From NCBI RefSeq assembly GCF_963921235.1, contig NC_086097.1, forward strand, positions 179,988,001 through 180,052,000: 64,000 nucleotides of DNA, given 5' to 3'. Every line of letters begins with the position of its first letter. The stretch's first letter is position 1. The notes below the pieces were generated by a model. That model was not told the origin of the DNA and searched no databases. It was given only the letters and a program-made list of their open reading frames with translations. Shown here in pieces: positions 27,406 to 40,349 of this stretch. The DNA is from Mobula hypostoma (Eukaryota). Position numbers and translations under genes: made by a program.

Positions 27406-28374
27406 TATTTCAAAGATTTAGATGACAGAATTGATGGTTTTGTGGCCAAGTTTGCATTCAATACAAAGATAGTTAGAGCCCAAGTAGTGTTGAGGAAACA
27501 GAGAGTCTGCAGAAGGGCTTGGACAGATTGGAAGAATGGGCAAAGAAAGATGTGGCTGATGGAATATAGTGTAGGGAAGTGTATGGTCATGCACTTTGGT
27601 AGATGGAATAAAGGCATAGCCTATTTTCTAAATGGGAAGAAAATTCAAAAATCAGAGGTGCAAAGGGTCTTGGGAGTCCTTGTGCAGGATTCCTAAAGAT
27701 TATCTTGCAAGTTGAGTCAGTGGTAAGGAAGACAAATGCAATGTTAGCATTCATTTCAAGAGTACTAGAATATGGGTGTAACGCTAAGGCATTATAAGGC
27801 ATTGGTCAAACTGCACTTGGAGGACTGTGAGTAATTCTGGGTCTCTTATCTAAGAAAAGATGTACTGGCATTGAGAGCGCCCAGCGGAGGTTCAAGAGGA
27901 GGATTCTGGGAACGGAAGTGTTAACGTGTGAGGAGCAGTTGATGTCTCTGGGCTCACTGGAGTTTAGAAGAATGAGAGGGCATCTTATTGAAACCTATTG
28001 ATATTGTGGAGAGGATGGTTTCTATAGTGGGTGAGTCAAGCACCGGAGGACACAGCCTTAGAATAGAGGGACGTCCATTTAGAACAAAGATGAGGAGGAT
28101 TTATTTAACTTGAGGGTGGTGAATCTGTGGAATTTATTGCTATGACAGCTGTGAAGGCCAAGTCATTGAACATATTTAAAGCAGACGTAGATAGGTTCTT
28201 GATTAGTCATAGTTTCAAAGGTTACAAGGAGAATGGGGTTGAGAGGGATAATAAATCAGCCATGATGGAATGGCAGAGCAGACTCAATGGGTGGAATTGC
28301 CTAATTCTGCTCCTATGTCTTATGGTCATGTGATCTTATCATTCAATGATGGCTAATTCAGCTTCACTCTCAAT

Positions 28375-28790
28375 TACCCTGCTTTGATGCTCTTACTAAT
28401 CAAGAACTTGTCAACCTTCACTTTAAATATACCCAATGACTTGACCTCCACAGCCACCTGTGGCAATGAATTCCACAGATTCACCACCCTCTGGCTAAAG
28501 AAGTTCCTTCTCACCTCTGTTCTAAATGGACATCCCTCTATTCTAAGGCTGTGTTCTCTAGTCCTAGCCACACCCACTATAGGAAACATCCCTCCACATC
28601 CAGTCTATCTAAGCCTTTCAATATTCAAAAGCTTTCAATGACATCCCCCTTTATTCTTCTGAACTCCAGCAAGCACAGGGCCATTGGCATCAAACGCTCT
28701 TCATACAGTACGTTAACCTGTCATTCCTGGCATCATTCTCATAAACCTCCTTTAATCCTCTCCAATGCCAGCACATCCTTTCTTAGATAT
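28375..28790 (-). mobile_element. CR1 3' fragment, inverted relative to the adjacent CR1
   Basis: RTREHSLRIEGCPFRTEVRRNFFSQRVVNLWNSLP. Confidence 0.8.
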
Positions 28791-31700
28791 GCACCCAAAA
28801 TGGATAGGGTGGATCCGTTTTTCCTGGAGCATAGGAAGCTGAGGAATGGCCTTGGAAAGATTCAGAAAATCATGATGGGCAGAAATCATGTGAATGTTCA
28901 AGGATTTTCCCAGGTTTAAAGTCTAAAACTAGAGTACACAGGTTTAATGGGAGAGCAGAAAGATTTAAACAGTACCTGAGTGTCAGATTTTTCCATACAG
29001 AGGTTGGTGGGTACTGTATATGGGACCAGCTACCAGATGAAGTGATCAAGACAGGTGGAATTACAACATCAGAAGGACATTTGGACAGCTTCATCGATAG
29101 GAAAGTTTCAGAGGGATGTGGGTCAAATGCAGGCAAGTGGGATTAGGTCAGGTAGACAACTTGTTCAGCATGGACAAGTTGGACCAAAGGATCTGTTTCT
29201 GTACTATATAACTCTCTGACTCTAATGTTGAGAAAACCCCATTCATATCACGTTCTCTGAGCCCCTTCACAGGTCAGATCAATGAATTCATTTCATACCT
29301 ACTGATGAAGCAGTTTGAAACAAAACAGAGAGGGAATGCCGTCACAGTTCTCCAAGCAGATTCCAGAGATGCCACATTTACTGGATGAGGGGAGATTAAA
29401 CAAACCATGGATAGAATCTGGTCAATGCTCACAATATGGATCTGGCACAAGAGAACAGTGAGATCAACTGTGATCTTAGGGAATGGTAATAGCAGGCTCA
29501 AGGGGCCGAATAGCCTCCTTCTTCTTATTTTCCTATTTTTTTTATGTTCTGAACATTTGGCCATTGAACAAGTGCCCAATGTAATATTCTGCCAGATTAA
29601 AACACAAGGGCTGTACTAATTTAGGAACCTTGGTCAACATGGACGAGTTGGGTTGAAGGGCCTGTTTCATGGGTGAGGTTTAAGGGGAATGTAGGTCCAC
29701 TGCTGTATAACTCTAGGCCTCCAAGTAAATATTTCTAAAACACATTAACATATTTTCATGGCTTCTCAAGGAGCTACTTCAAAGTGCAGAGAAAACCCCT
29801 GTGTACATTAGCAATTCTGAAGGAAATGAAGAGAAATGGCCAGTCTTTGTAAGTGCATATTAAAAGAAGGCATGATGCAGCTATTTTTCATTAGGAGTTT
29901 GAGGAGGTTTTTAATATACATTTATATATTTCTTATTGTAAATTATAGTGTTTTATTATGTATTGCACTGTACTACTACCACAAAACAAATTTCACACGT
30001 GTCAGTGATATTAAATCCAATTCTGAATCATTTTAGCCACAGAGTGGTGAATCTGTAGAATTTGTCACCACAAGCGGCTGTGGAGGCACGACAAGGGATA
30101 TATTTAAGGCAGAGCTTGATAGGTTCTTGATTAGTCAGAGTGTGACGGGAAACGGGGAGAAGGCAGGAGATTTCAGGCTGAGAGGGAAAATGGATCAGCC
30201 ATGATGAAATGGCGGAGCAGACTCGACAGGCCAAATGATTTAATTCTGCTCCTATATCTTATGGTCCTATATTTTCACAAGGTGCTGTCACAACAAGGTG
30301 GAATTCATGGTTAAGGACCCTCACCATCCTGGATATACCCTCTTCTCACTACTACAATCAGGGAGGAGGTACAGGAACCTAAAGGTGTACACTCATCATT
30401 TTGGGAACAGTTTTCTCCCCTCCACCATCAAGTTTCCAAAGGTCCATGGATCCGTGAACATTACCTTATTAGTACCTTTTTATTGCACTATATATTTATT
30501 TTGAAATTTATTGTAATTTTATGACTTTGCACTGTACTGCTGCCACAAAGCAACAAATTTCATGACATGTATCAGTGATAATAAAGCTGATTCTTTCATT
30601 AATTTTTTCATCTCGAACCTTAAAACTATGGCCTCTAGTTGCCAATTTCCCAATCCAGGAAAAAAGACTATTCATCCTTTCAATGATTTAATATAGCTCT
30701 GTGAGGTTACCCATCAGTCCTGCTCTCCAGGAGTACAGTGCAGTCTGTCAGTGAAGATCAGGTGACTGGTTGTATAACCTATCATGTGACCTAGCACCGA
30801 CCTACTGGCATGACACATTGTCTCGCCTGACCTGTGACTTTCTCTCAGGCAATCTATGGGACTTGCACGTAACTTCCTTGAGCCATAGTCCCTCCTGCAG
30901 ATGGGGCAGGAGGTGGCCATAGTGACAGAAGAGGCTGTGGAGGCTGGAATCTAGGGCAAAATAAAAAAAATCTGCTGTTAGATTGGGCAGTAACTGTGGA
31001 GGAATAGGGATGGTCAACATTTTAGGTCAAGACCCTGCCTCAGGACTGGAGTACCCTCTGTATCACAGCACAAGACATTGGACAGACCATACTCTGTGCA
31101 GTCTAGCTGCTCAGCTATAGCATTAATGCTGCACAGGGTGTGCAAAAATTCACAAGAACGTTACTGGAACTGGAGAGATCAGAAGCACGGAGAGGATGGA
31201 TAGGCTGTGACAGATTTCCCTGGAGTACAGGAGGATGAGATTTGTGAAATGATGAAGAGCATGGAGAAGCTGAGTGATTTCCTCTTTTCCCCCAGAGCAG
31301 GTGAGTCCAGAACCAAGGGCATAGATAGAGGGCAAGAGGGGAAAGATTTAAAAGGAACAAGGGTTCCTCTTCACACAGAGGGTGGTGAGAATATGCCAGG
31401 CAGGTAAAATCATGAGGTTTAAAAGACATTTGGACAAGTACGTGGATAGGATAGGTTTAGAGGGACAAGGACCAAATGCAGATAAATAGGACTGCCTCAG
31501 CTAGAATACTTCAATACAACAGACTGTATGTAAAGCTAGGCTGCTCTCGGAGTATTGCATTCAGTTCTGGTTGCCCCATTGCATGATGAACGTGGGGAGG
31601 GTGCCAGTGCAGAAGTAGTTCACCAGGATGCTGCTGGGTTGGAGGGTATGAGTTATAAGGAGGTGGGACTAATTTGGGCTGTTTTCTCTGAAGCATCAGG

Positions 31701-32829
31701 GGCTGAGTTTATACAATTATGAGAGGCACGGATGGGGTAGACAGTCAAGATCTTCTTCCCTGGTTAGAAATGCCAGATACTAGAAACCATAGCTTTAAGC
31801 TGAAAGGAGGAAAGTTTAAACTGGGATGTGCAGTGTAAGATTTTTTACACAGTGAGCGGTGTGTTCCTGGACCACATTGCCAGGGCTGGTGGTGGTGGGA
31901 GCAGATACCAAGAGGCTGGAAGACAGACACGTGAATGAGCAGGGAATGGATGGAGGGGGATCATGTGCAGGAGGAAGGGATTTAGTTTAATTTGGCAAGG
32001 TGTTTGGCACTGACGTTGTGCGCCGAATAGCTAGTTCCTGCACTGTAGTGATGGCTGTCTATGATTGCCACGGCCTGGGCCGAAGGGGCAGACCCTGTGC
32101 TGTGTGACTCTGTGACGGAGTGGATGGGGCCACTGTATGAGGAGCATCATAAGGTCTACTCACACCAGACTGCAAGTCCATGGACCCGGGGCCTCCATAT
32201 CCAGCCAAGCCCTCCACGCGGCCGTGTGACCCGCTGGCCGCCAATGGATGAGGCCTACCCCGCTTCCAACTTCAGTGGGCTCTCCGCCCCTACCGCAGAC
32301 CCTCCCAAAAACACAAAGGTGGAAGGGGCGCCACAGATAGCCAGCGAGTCGAGCAGCGTCTGTGGGAAGGGATCTGAAGAGTAGAATCTTTCTCCAGAGA
32401 AGTTGTCCTCCACACCCCCCTTCCCCCGTTCCAGGGATCTTCTCGGAGGCGCGGCGTCTGCAGAGGAGTCTGGACTTAACGCTGGTGACAGGTACACCCT
32501 TCGCCCATGGGTCCTGTCACCCCCCCCAGCGTGTGACGGGACAAGGTGAGGTACAAAGGCAGGGTCTGGGGCGATTGCTGGTGGGGTTCGGCTTCGCGGG
32601 GAGCGGACACTCCCCACTGTGAGGCAGCCCTTCATCGCAAGGGGCAAGGGGTCGGCGACGGCGGCCGGATCCCACGGCACGGTCGCTTCTGGTTCCTTCT
32701 ACTCCCGCTCCTGATCATCCTTTCGGGAGGCTGGACACTTACACCCCGCCGCACCGGGCCACCGTGGAGAGAGCGGCCGGTGGAGACCCGGGTCGCTTCC
32801 CTTCCCGGGAGGGTTCAATGGCGGCTTAC

Positions 32830-33020
32830 GCTCTCACACACTCAGACTTAATTACACACTCACACCGATACACACACACCACACACCTTCACACGCAACT
32901 ATCAGAGTCACACCCCCTCTCGCACTTAGTCACATCTACTCATACACACAGACTCACACGCATTCACACACAACTCTTTGACAGTCACTCCTTCCCGCTA
33001 CCCTCACACACACACTGACA
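32830..33020. repeat. Imperfect CA-rich microsatellite-like tract in laminin intron 1
   Basis: Repeated cacacac/ctcacac runs. Confidence 0.7.
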
Positions 33021-33243
33021 AATACGCCGCCCGCTCTGCCTCTGTTTCTCCGACTTTCACTCTTTAATATCCCCTTCCAGAATCCACTCACTCCAAACGT
33101 CAAACCCGGCTCCCACAGAACTCTGGATCTGCCACTCGGCCCATTGCGACTTTGCTGACCCCAGTACCCCCAACAAGCCCCGTGATTCCTGCCCGTCCCC
33201 CGTTCGGCGTCGCCTGGTCGGTGTCCCGCCAGCAAGCTGGTAC

Positions 33244-33498
33244 CTGGATAGTCTGGCTGGAGGCACCGGCGGCCGGCCCGCCTACCAGTTTACAGTAAAG
33301 GTCCAGTCTGGGCCGCCGCGATCCGTCTTCTCCGCAAGTGGCCGTGGCCCAGATCTCAGCCCCCTGGGCAATGTTCAAGTAGGGCGGGTGGAGGCTGAAG
33401 CCATTCAGCCGGTCCGGTGTTCCCTGACCATCGGCCGTCCGGCCGGACTGCAGGAGCACAGCCCAGAACAGCAGACTTGTCCTCGACCCTCTCGCCAT
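33244..33498 (-). CDS. LAMA3: Laminin alpha-3 (long/3B form; alpha-5 not excluded), coding exon 1: signal peptide and start of the laminin N-terminal (LN) domain
   Basis: Encodes MARGSRTSLLFWAVLL...FSLHPPYLNIAQGAEIWATATCGE...DLYCKLVGGP...QTIQ. Kozak AAGATGG, 255 nt, phase-0 donor CAG|GTACCA. IWATATCGE and TIQ-GQFCD are closer to LAMA3 than to LAMA5. Confidence 0.9.
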
Positions 33499-36400
33499 CT
33501 TCCCAAGCACTGTGCTCCCTCCCTCCCTCACCCCCTCCCTCACCGAAGACCAACTACACACCCTCTCCTGCCCAGGAACTAGGATCGCGAGGAAATCCTG
33601 GCTGAACGACTTAGAAATAATCATTGTTCCCAACTTCTATATTTAGAAGCTTGTTTTTAAAAAAATACCCTAATTGGTGTTTATATTTGAAGTTAAATAT
33701 AAAGCCAATATTTTGTTGCAAAAGTTATTTTCTACCTATTAAATGCAAACAGCACTTATGTGCATTCCGTGGTGAAGAAGTACTGTATATTTGGATTATT
33801 ATTGAATTGTAATGGGCACTCTGCAGCAGAGAGGTAATATGAGTGGCTTGGCTGAAAATAAAGGAGCAGACTCGGAGCTTCGGCCAACTAGAGATCCACA
33901 CACACGCGTGCTCAAGAAAAGTGGATAAAATCTTCGAGTTTGCACTTTCTGTGAAGTTATTTTATTGAGCAAATTCCATCTGGTTCGATGACTTCCCCGT
34001 GACAACCGGACCTCATTAACTGCAAAGATTGTAAAATACTTAAAAATCGGCGTTCTCGGAAACTTCGGTGACTGCACATTTAGCTTCTTGGCTCCTATCC
34101 AGGGACTGAAATCCAGGAATAAAAGGCAATGTACAAGTCCGAGCATACCTTTCCAGCCAGTTAAAGTGTTTGGCATTCTTTCCTCGTGAACTCCGTTTTC
34201 CCAGAAAACTCGGGCACGTCTTACACGCGCTCATCTTTTCATCCCACTCCTCAGTTCAGAGACAGACTCGGGTTAGCGTTGCTAAACTGAGTTCGGAGTG
34301 TATGCTGCTCCGGATTTCCAGCATCTCGTGTGTTTTTGTGATAAATGAGTGTCTTTCTCACTTGATTTTGGAAGGCTGTGCGTGCGAACTCTCAGTGTTT
34401 CCATGAAATTGGACATGGAAAGCGAGACACCAGAAGGACTGCCGATGCTGGAATCTGGGGCATCTGCTGACTTGTTCTCGATCCTCTTGCCATCTTTCCA
34501 CACAATCTGCTGGAGGAACTCTGTGAGTCCGACAGCATCTGTTGGGGGGAGGGGTGGACAGTGGTCATTATGGGTCGAAACCCTTCAGCTGGACTGATAG
34601 AGATGGGAGCCTGTATACAGAGGCGGAGGGAATGGGGCAAGAGCCTGGATAGTACGGATTTAGAGGGGTATGGGCTAAATGCACACAAATTGAACTCATT
34701 TTAAAGTAAAAAGTAAATTTATTACCAAAGTATGGAACTGTTACCACATACCTTGAGATTCTTGTAGGCATTTACAGGGAAAATAAAAAGTGCAATGGAA
34801 CTTACAAAAAAAACCATAAAGAAAGACAAACAACCAATGTGCAAAAGAAGACCAAGGTGCTCAAATAAGTTGAAAAGAGGCCTTGAAAGTGACTGTAGAT
34901 CATGATTGTGGTGAGTGAAGTTATCCAGGTGGATTTGGGAGCCTGATAGTTACAGAGTAATGTTGTTCCTGAACCTGGTGGTGTGGGACCTGAGACTTCT
35001 GTACCTCCTGCCCTATGATAATAGTGAGAAGAGAGCATAGCTTGGATGGTGGAGGCCTTTGTGACAGATAATGCTTTCTTGTTCTGTGCTCCATGTAAAT
35101 GGACTTCATCGCAGGAAGGCTTTACATGTGTTGAGCACCATGGTTGGCATGGATACTTCAGGCTGAAGGTTATGTTTCTAAGAGCTGGCAAGTGATTAGT
35201 GGATGAGGGGTGATAGGCAGATAAAAGCCTCTGTACTTTTCAGCACTCTCCCCTCCTCCACACAGCTCTAGCTTCACACCTTCCCCTCACTACTTTATAC
35301 TATCTCTATATCTCAGTCCAGATGAAGGGTCTCAACCCAAAACGTCAAATGACCATTTCCCCCTAGGGATGCTGCCAGACCCATTGAGTTCTCCCAACAC
35401 CTTATGTTCTGCTCTGGAAGGGAGAATATTTGCAATATCTGGGCAGATCTTTCACAGACCATCACAGGAGTGAATGGTCAAAGTTTATAAACGTGTGCAG
35501 TTTTCATCTGCCCTGTGGGATCCTTGAAAGAAAACGGAAACTGCAGTGACGTTGACCACGTATAATCTACAGCCTCCTTTTATTTCAAAATATATACTAT
35601 TCATTAAAAAATACAGGAAGTTCATCACATTTTCAATTACAAATAGTCATTCCATTAATGTGTCATCCATTAACAAACTTAAACAGTAACACACCATCTG
35701 CTGGAGGAACGCAGCAGGTCAAGCAGCGTCTGTGGGCTGGGGGCGGGGGGGGGAGGAATTGTCGGTGTTTTGTGTTGAAACCCCGCATCTGAACTGAGAG
35801 GGATGAGACTCAAGACCTCTTCTCTCTTCTGTCTGAGTCAACCTACCCATCATTTCTCACCCCTCCTCAGTCCACCAATCACCTTGGACCCCTGTATCAC
35901 CACTCCCTCTCTCAATACCAGCCATCTCCCCTCTCCACTCTTAGTCCCAATGCAAGGCTTTGACCCAAAATTGATGATTCCTTCCCCTCTCCCCACCCCT
36001 TCCCCACACCGATGCTGCTCGACCTGCTGAGTTCCTCCGTCAGATTGTGCTTTGGTCCATGTCTCAGCATCTGCAGTCTCCTGTGTCTCCTTTAGAGCAA
36101 ACAGTCCAAAAAACTTTAAACTGTTAGGAGAGCCCTGAATTGTGATCATGCCACATTGAGATACTATTGTTTAAAGAATAAAATTATCCATTTACAATGC
36201 TTATAATTACAATATTCTAATTATAATGCTTATAATATAATTATATAATTATAATACATATTATAATTTTACTTTTTAACTGAAGATGGACTCGTCACAA
36301 TCTACCTCATTATGACCTTGCGTCTTATTGTTTGCTGGCAGTGCACTTTCTCAATCTTTACTCTGCATTCTGTTATTGTTTTCCCCTGTGTTCCCTCAAT

Positions 36401-36636
36401 GCACTGTGTAATGAATTAGTCTGTGCAGACAGTATGCAAGACATGTTTTTCTCTGTATCTTGTTACATGAGACAATAATAAACTAATCTGGCAATAACCA
36501 ATTTACTTTGAAATGCATTCCTTACTGTTCCAGAATAATATTTCTGACTGAGAGTAAGCAGGGTTTATAGCCACCATGTCCTCAGTTCTGGTTACTATTA
36601 GCTGCCCATATTGATGAGCAAGTACTGTATATAGGA

Positions 36637-36901
36637 CCCGGCTGGTGGTGTAGTGGCATCTGCATCGGACTTCAGGACGAAAGGTCCCGGGTTCGAATCC
36701 AGCCAGCCGACTCCCCTTCGCGCTTTCCATCCGTGCTGGGTTACGAGCTGGTGATCTCTTTGGAAACTCACCTGGCAGAAGGCAATGGCAAACCACTGCT
36801 GTAACTTGCCTCATACACGATTCCCCACTACGTTAGAGAGGCGTGGAGGGAAATCGTCCACTAACAGGAGAAACTCCGGATGTGATGTACCTTTCCTTTC
36901 C
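36637..36901 (+). mobile_element. tRNA-derived SINE with RTE-like 3' part
   Basis: 14-bp TSD TACTGTATATAGGA (36623-36636, 36902-36915), B box GGTTCGAATCC, RTE/BovB-like GAAGGCAATGGCAAACCACT and a (CCTTT)n tail. Confidence 0.85.
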
Positions 36902-39900
36902 TACTGTATATAGGATGAGTCACCAGCAAAACCCCCAAAATTGCTGAACCACTGGGGGGTAAGGTGGAGATCGGATCTCGAACTGTATTGCAATATTTTA
37001 AAGTTCAAAGTAAATTTAATATCAAAGTATGTTACCTATTCTAACTTTAAATTCATTCCTTGCAGGCATTTAAAGGAGAAAAGAAATACAGTGCAGTAGA
37101 ATTTTGCAAAAAACATACACAAATGGACAAAGACTGACAAACACCAATATGCAAGAGAAAAGCTGCAAATAAAAATAATACTGGGAACATGAATTGTAAA
37201 GAGTCCTTGAAAATGAGTCTAAGTTGTAGAATCAGTTCAGAGTAGTGGTGAATGAAGTTATTCGCACCGGTGTTTGTAGGTTCCTGAACCTGTTGGTGTG
37301 GAACCGAAGGCCCCAGGACTACAAACCCAATGGTAGTAGCAAGAAGGTAGGGCATGGCCTCGATGGATATTTTAAGAAATTCTCGGGCTCCCCTCCCCCC
37401 AGCAAGTTGCAGACCCCAGCAGCCCTATCCTTGCAAACTGTGTCCATTATTGGATCCCACCTGTTGGGAATGCTGAGCAGAGGTTTATTAACGAAAACAG
37501 TCTTCCTTGGCCCGAGTACCTCCACACAAAAAACTGAGATGGGTGCGGTAGAAGATGGTGAAGTAAAATACCAATAGTGAACCATTTGTGCATTTTAATA
37601 TTTGCAGTTATCTTTCTAAAGGTGTGTGCTTGGTTGATCTAACCCTCCTTAATCTTCATAGTCTTATGAGTTTAGAAAAGAATGAGGAAACAGCATTTTC
37701 CCAGAATAATGGTGTGCAACAACATTATCTGGAATCCTCTTCCATAGAATCACAAAATTATACAGCCAGCAAACAGGCCCAACTCATCCATTTTGACCAA
37801 GTTGTCTTATTGAGATGGTCCCATCCACCTCCATTTGGCCCATATCCCTCTTATCCAGGTCCCTTCTGACTCTCACCAATTTCTGTCAATGCGCCATAGA
37901 AAGCATCCTTTTAGGATACATCACAACCTGGTATGGAACTGCTCTGCCTGAGTGTCGAACGCTGAGGGGAGACCTAAGAGACGGAGATAGAATATACAGC
38001 CAGAGTCTGTTATTCATCTGACATTTGAAATTCATCTGATATTCTGTTATTGAATTTCCGATGTCCTCCCTCAATTATCATCCAGTGAAATAATGATAGC
38101 GTTTATCCAAGGATCAGCACATTCAGCGGTAAAGGGCAACTTCCTTCAGCTTTTCTGCTTTGTGGTTGTGCATTTCCTCCAGGGTTCTTCCAGACCACCC
38201 ACCAAGGGTTTGGAAGAGATATTTAGACTCTAGAAAGTTGTCTGCCCTGTTAAATAATAATATTGTACTGAAATATACAAATATATCACAGTTATATGAA
38301 TCCCAAAGCAAGGAAATACTAAACATAACTAACAGCACCTTTTGGAGTGCTGTATCCTCCTCTGGTAGCCTTGCCACACGAAGGTTGTCATTAAACTGGA
38401 GATGGTGTGAAAAAGATTTATGAGGATGTTACCCAGACTGGGCACGTGGCCAAGTGGTTAAGGCATTGGACTAGCAACCTGAAGGTCGTGAGTTCGAGCC
38501 CCAGCTGAGGCAACATGTGTTGTATCCTTGACTCTTTCCAGTTTAATCACACATTGCTCTGCGACAACACTGGTGCCAAGCTTGTATGGGTCCTAATGCC
38601 CTTCCCTTGGACAACATTGGTGTCGTGGAGAGGGGAGACTTGCACCAGGGACAATTTAAAGCAGCCTGCCTTGAAAGGACATTGTGGCTTACAGGGGTTC
38701 AGTAAGCTGAGGGGTGCTGGGTGAACAGAGCTCCATGTGAGTGAATCAAGTTGAAGGTTAGAACAATGAAACGTAAGCAGGAGGTCTAATTTTCAGAATT
38801 TACAGTATCTTTAGAGCTTTATATTAAAACTGGAACAAAATGCATGTTTTCTGGGGCAAAAAGTAAGAGAATATTCAAAATCAAAGAAAATGTGTTTCAT
38901 CATTAGAGCGGTGTTGGAGTGGGATTTAAATAAATTTTTAGTGAGACTGAGGAACAAGTTCAACAGCTTGTCATAGAGTCACAGTGTCAAACAGCATGAA
39001 AACAGACCCTTCGGCTGAATTCATCCAACAGTGTTGTCTGTCCCATGAGCTAGTCCCATCTGCCCACATTTCGCCCATAACCCCCTAAACCTCTGCAATC
39101 CATGTACTTATCTAGATGGCTTTTTAATGCTGTTAATGTGCCTCCTCAACCACTATTTCTGCACACTCATTCAAAATATGCACCACCCTCTGTGTGAAGA
39201 AGCTGCCCCCATATCCCGTTTAAATCTCTCATCTCTGACCTTAAACCTATGCTCTCTTGTGTTAGCACCCCTTCCTTAGGAAATAGCTTTCACCCTGTGT
39301 ATGCCCCTCATGATCTTATATACCTCTGCCACCCTCAATCTCCTATGTCCCCGGGAGTATAGTCCTAGTTTGCACAACCTCTCCTTGTGAACGGAAGTAA
39401 CATATTGATAAATGTCTTATCAGGAAAGGTTGAGCAAGCAAGGGCTTTTCTCTTTGGAGTGAAAGAGAGTAAGAGACAACTTGATAGAAGTGTATAAAAT
39501 TATGAGAGGCATAGATAGAGTGGACAGTCAGCATCTTTTTCCCAGAGCAGCAATGGCCAAGGGCAAAGGACATCCACTTAAGGTGAGTGGAAGAAAGTTT
39601 AGGGGAGACATCACAGGACTTTTTTTTTACATTGGAGTGGTGGGTGTCTGGGATGTAGTTGGAGGCTGATACAATAGAGGCATTTAAGAGTATCTTAGAT
39701 AGGCACATGGAAGTAAGAAAAATGTAGGATTCTGGGCTGTGTAGGAGGAGGGGGTTAGATTGTAGAGTAGGTTTATATAGGTTTGCACAACATTGTGGGC
39801 TGAAGGACCTAAGCTGCATTGTACTGTTCTATGTTTTATGTTCTAAATCTTTTCTGCACTCTTTCTAGTTTAATATCATCTTTCCTATAACAGGGCAGCC

Positions 39901-40349
39901 AAAACTATACACAATAATCCAAATGCTGTCTCACCAATATCTAATATAACTTAAATGTCTCATTTTGTTATCCTGGCTCTTACAGTGAATTGTGAGTCAT
40001 TCTACTTCTCAGCTCCCGGCCTCCCTCCTGCCAGCAGCTGTGCAGTGCCCATCTGTCTCCTATCTGTCCCATCCCTGGACCAGCCTCACTGCTCTCCAGC
40101 TTCCTTGGTTATCATCTCCTGAAAACATGACCTCATCGGCCTGGTTCCTTCCTGTGGCACAATACTGATTAAAAGCTGGATAAAGCTACAAATGACATCA
40201 TATGGCACCTTTTCCTTCCCAGGACTTCAGGATCAGAATCAGATTTATTGTCACTGACTTATATGACATAAAATTTGTTGTTTTGCAGCAGCACAGGGCT
40301 AAGACATGAAAATTACTACAAAGTATAAAAAAAAGTGTAAAAGAGGAAT

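Larger units (their letters stand above)
22960..28330 (+). mobile_element. Near full-length degenerate CR1 LINE (ORF1, APE and RT remnants) interrupted by Tc1
   Basis: Coiled-coil ORF1 remnant at about 23020, VMGDFN at about 24130, SPGPNGLHPKALK, DFQKTFDKV. RT resumes at 27408 and ends in the tail tcctatgtcttatggtc. Confidence 0.85.
32050..33620. promoter_or_regulatory. CpG island spanning the laminin promoter, exon 1 and the start of intron 1
   Basis: Visibly GC- and CpG-rich against a CpG-depleted background, and overlaps the first coding exon. Confidence 0.75.

Noticed and set aside
33499..33633. N-terminal extension of laminin from the ORF track
   Set aside because: It uses a non-ATG start. 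The ATG at 33498 has a good Kozak context and is followed by a signal peptide.
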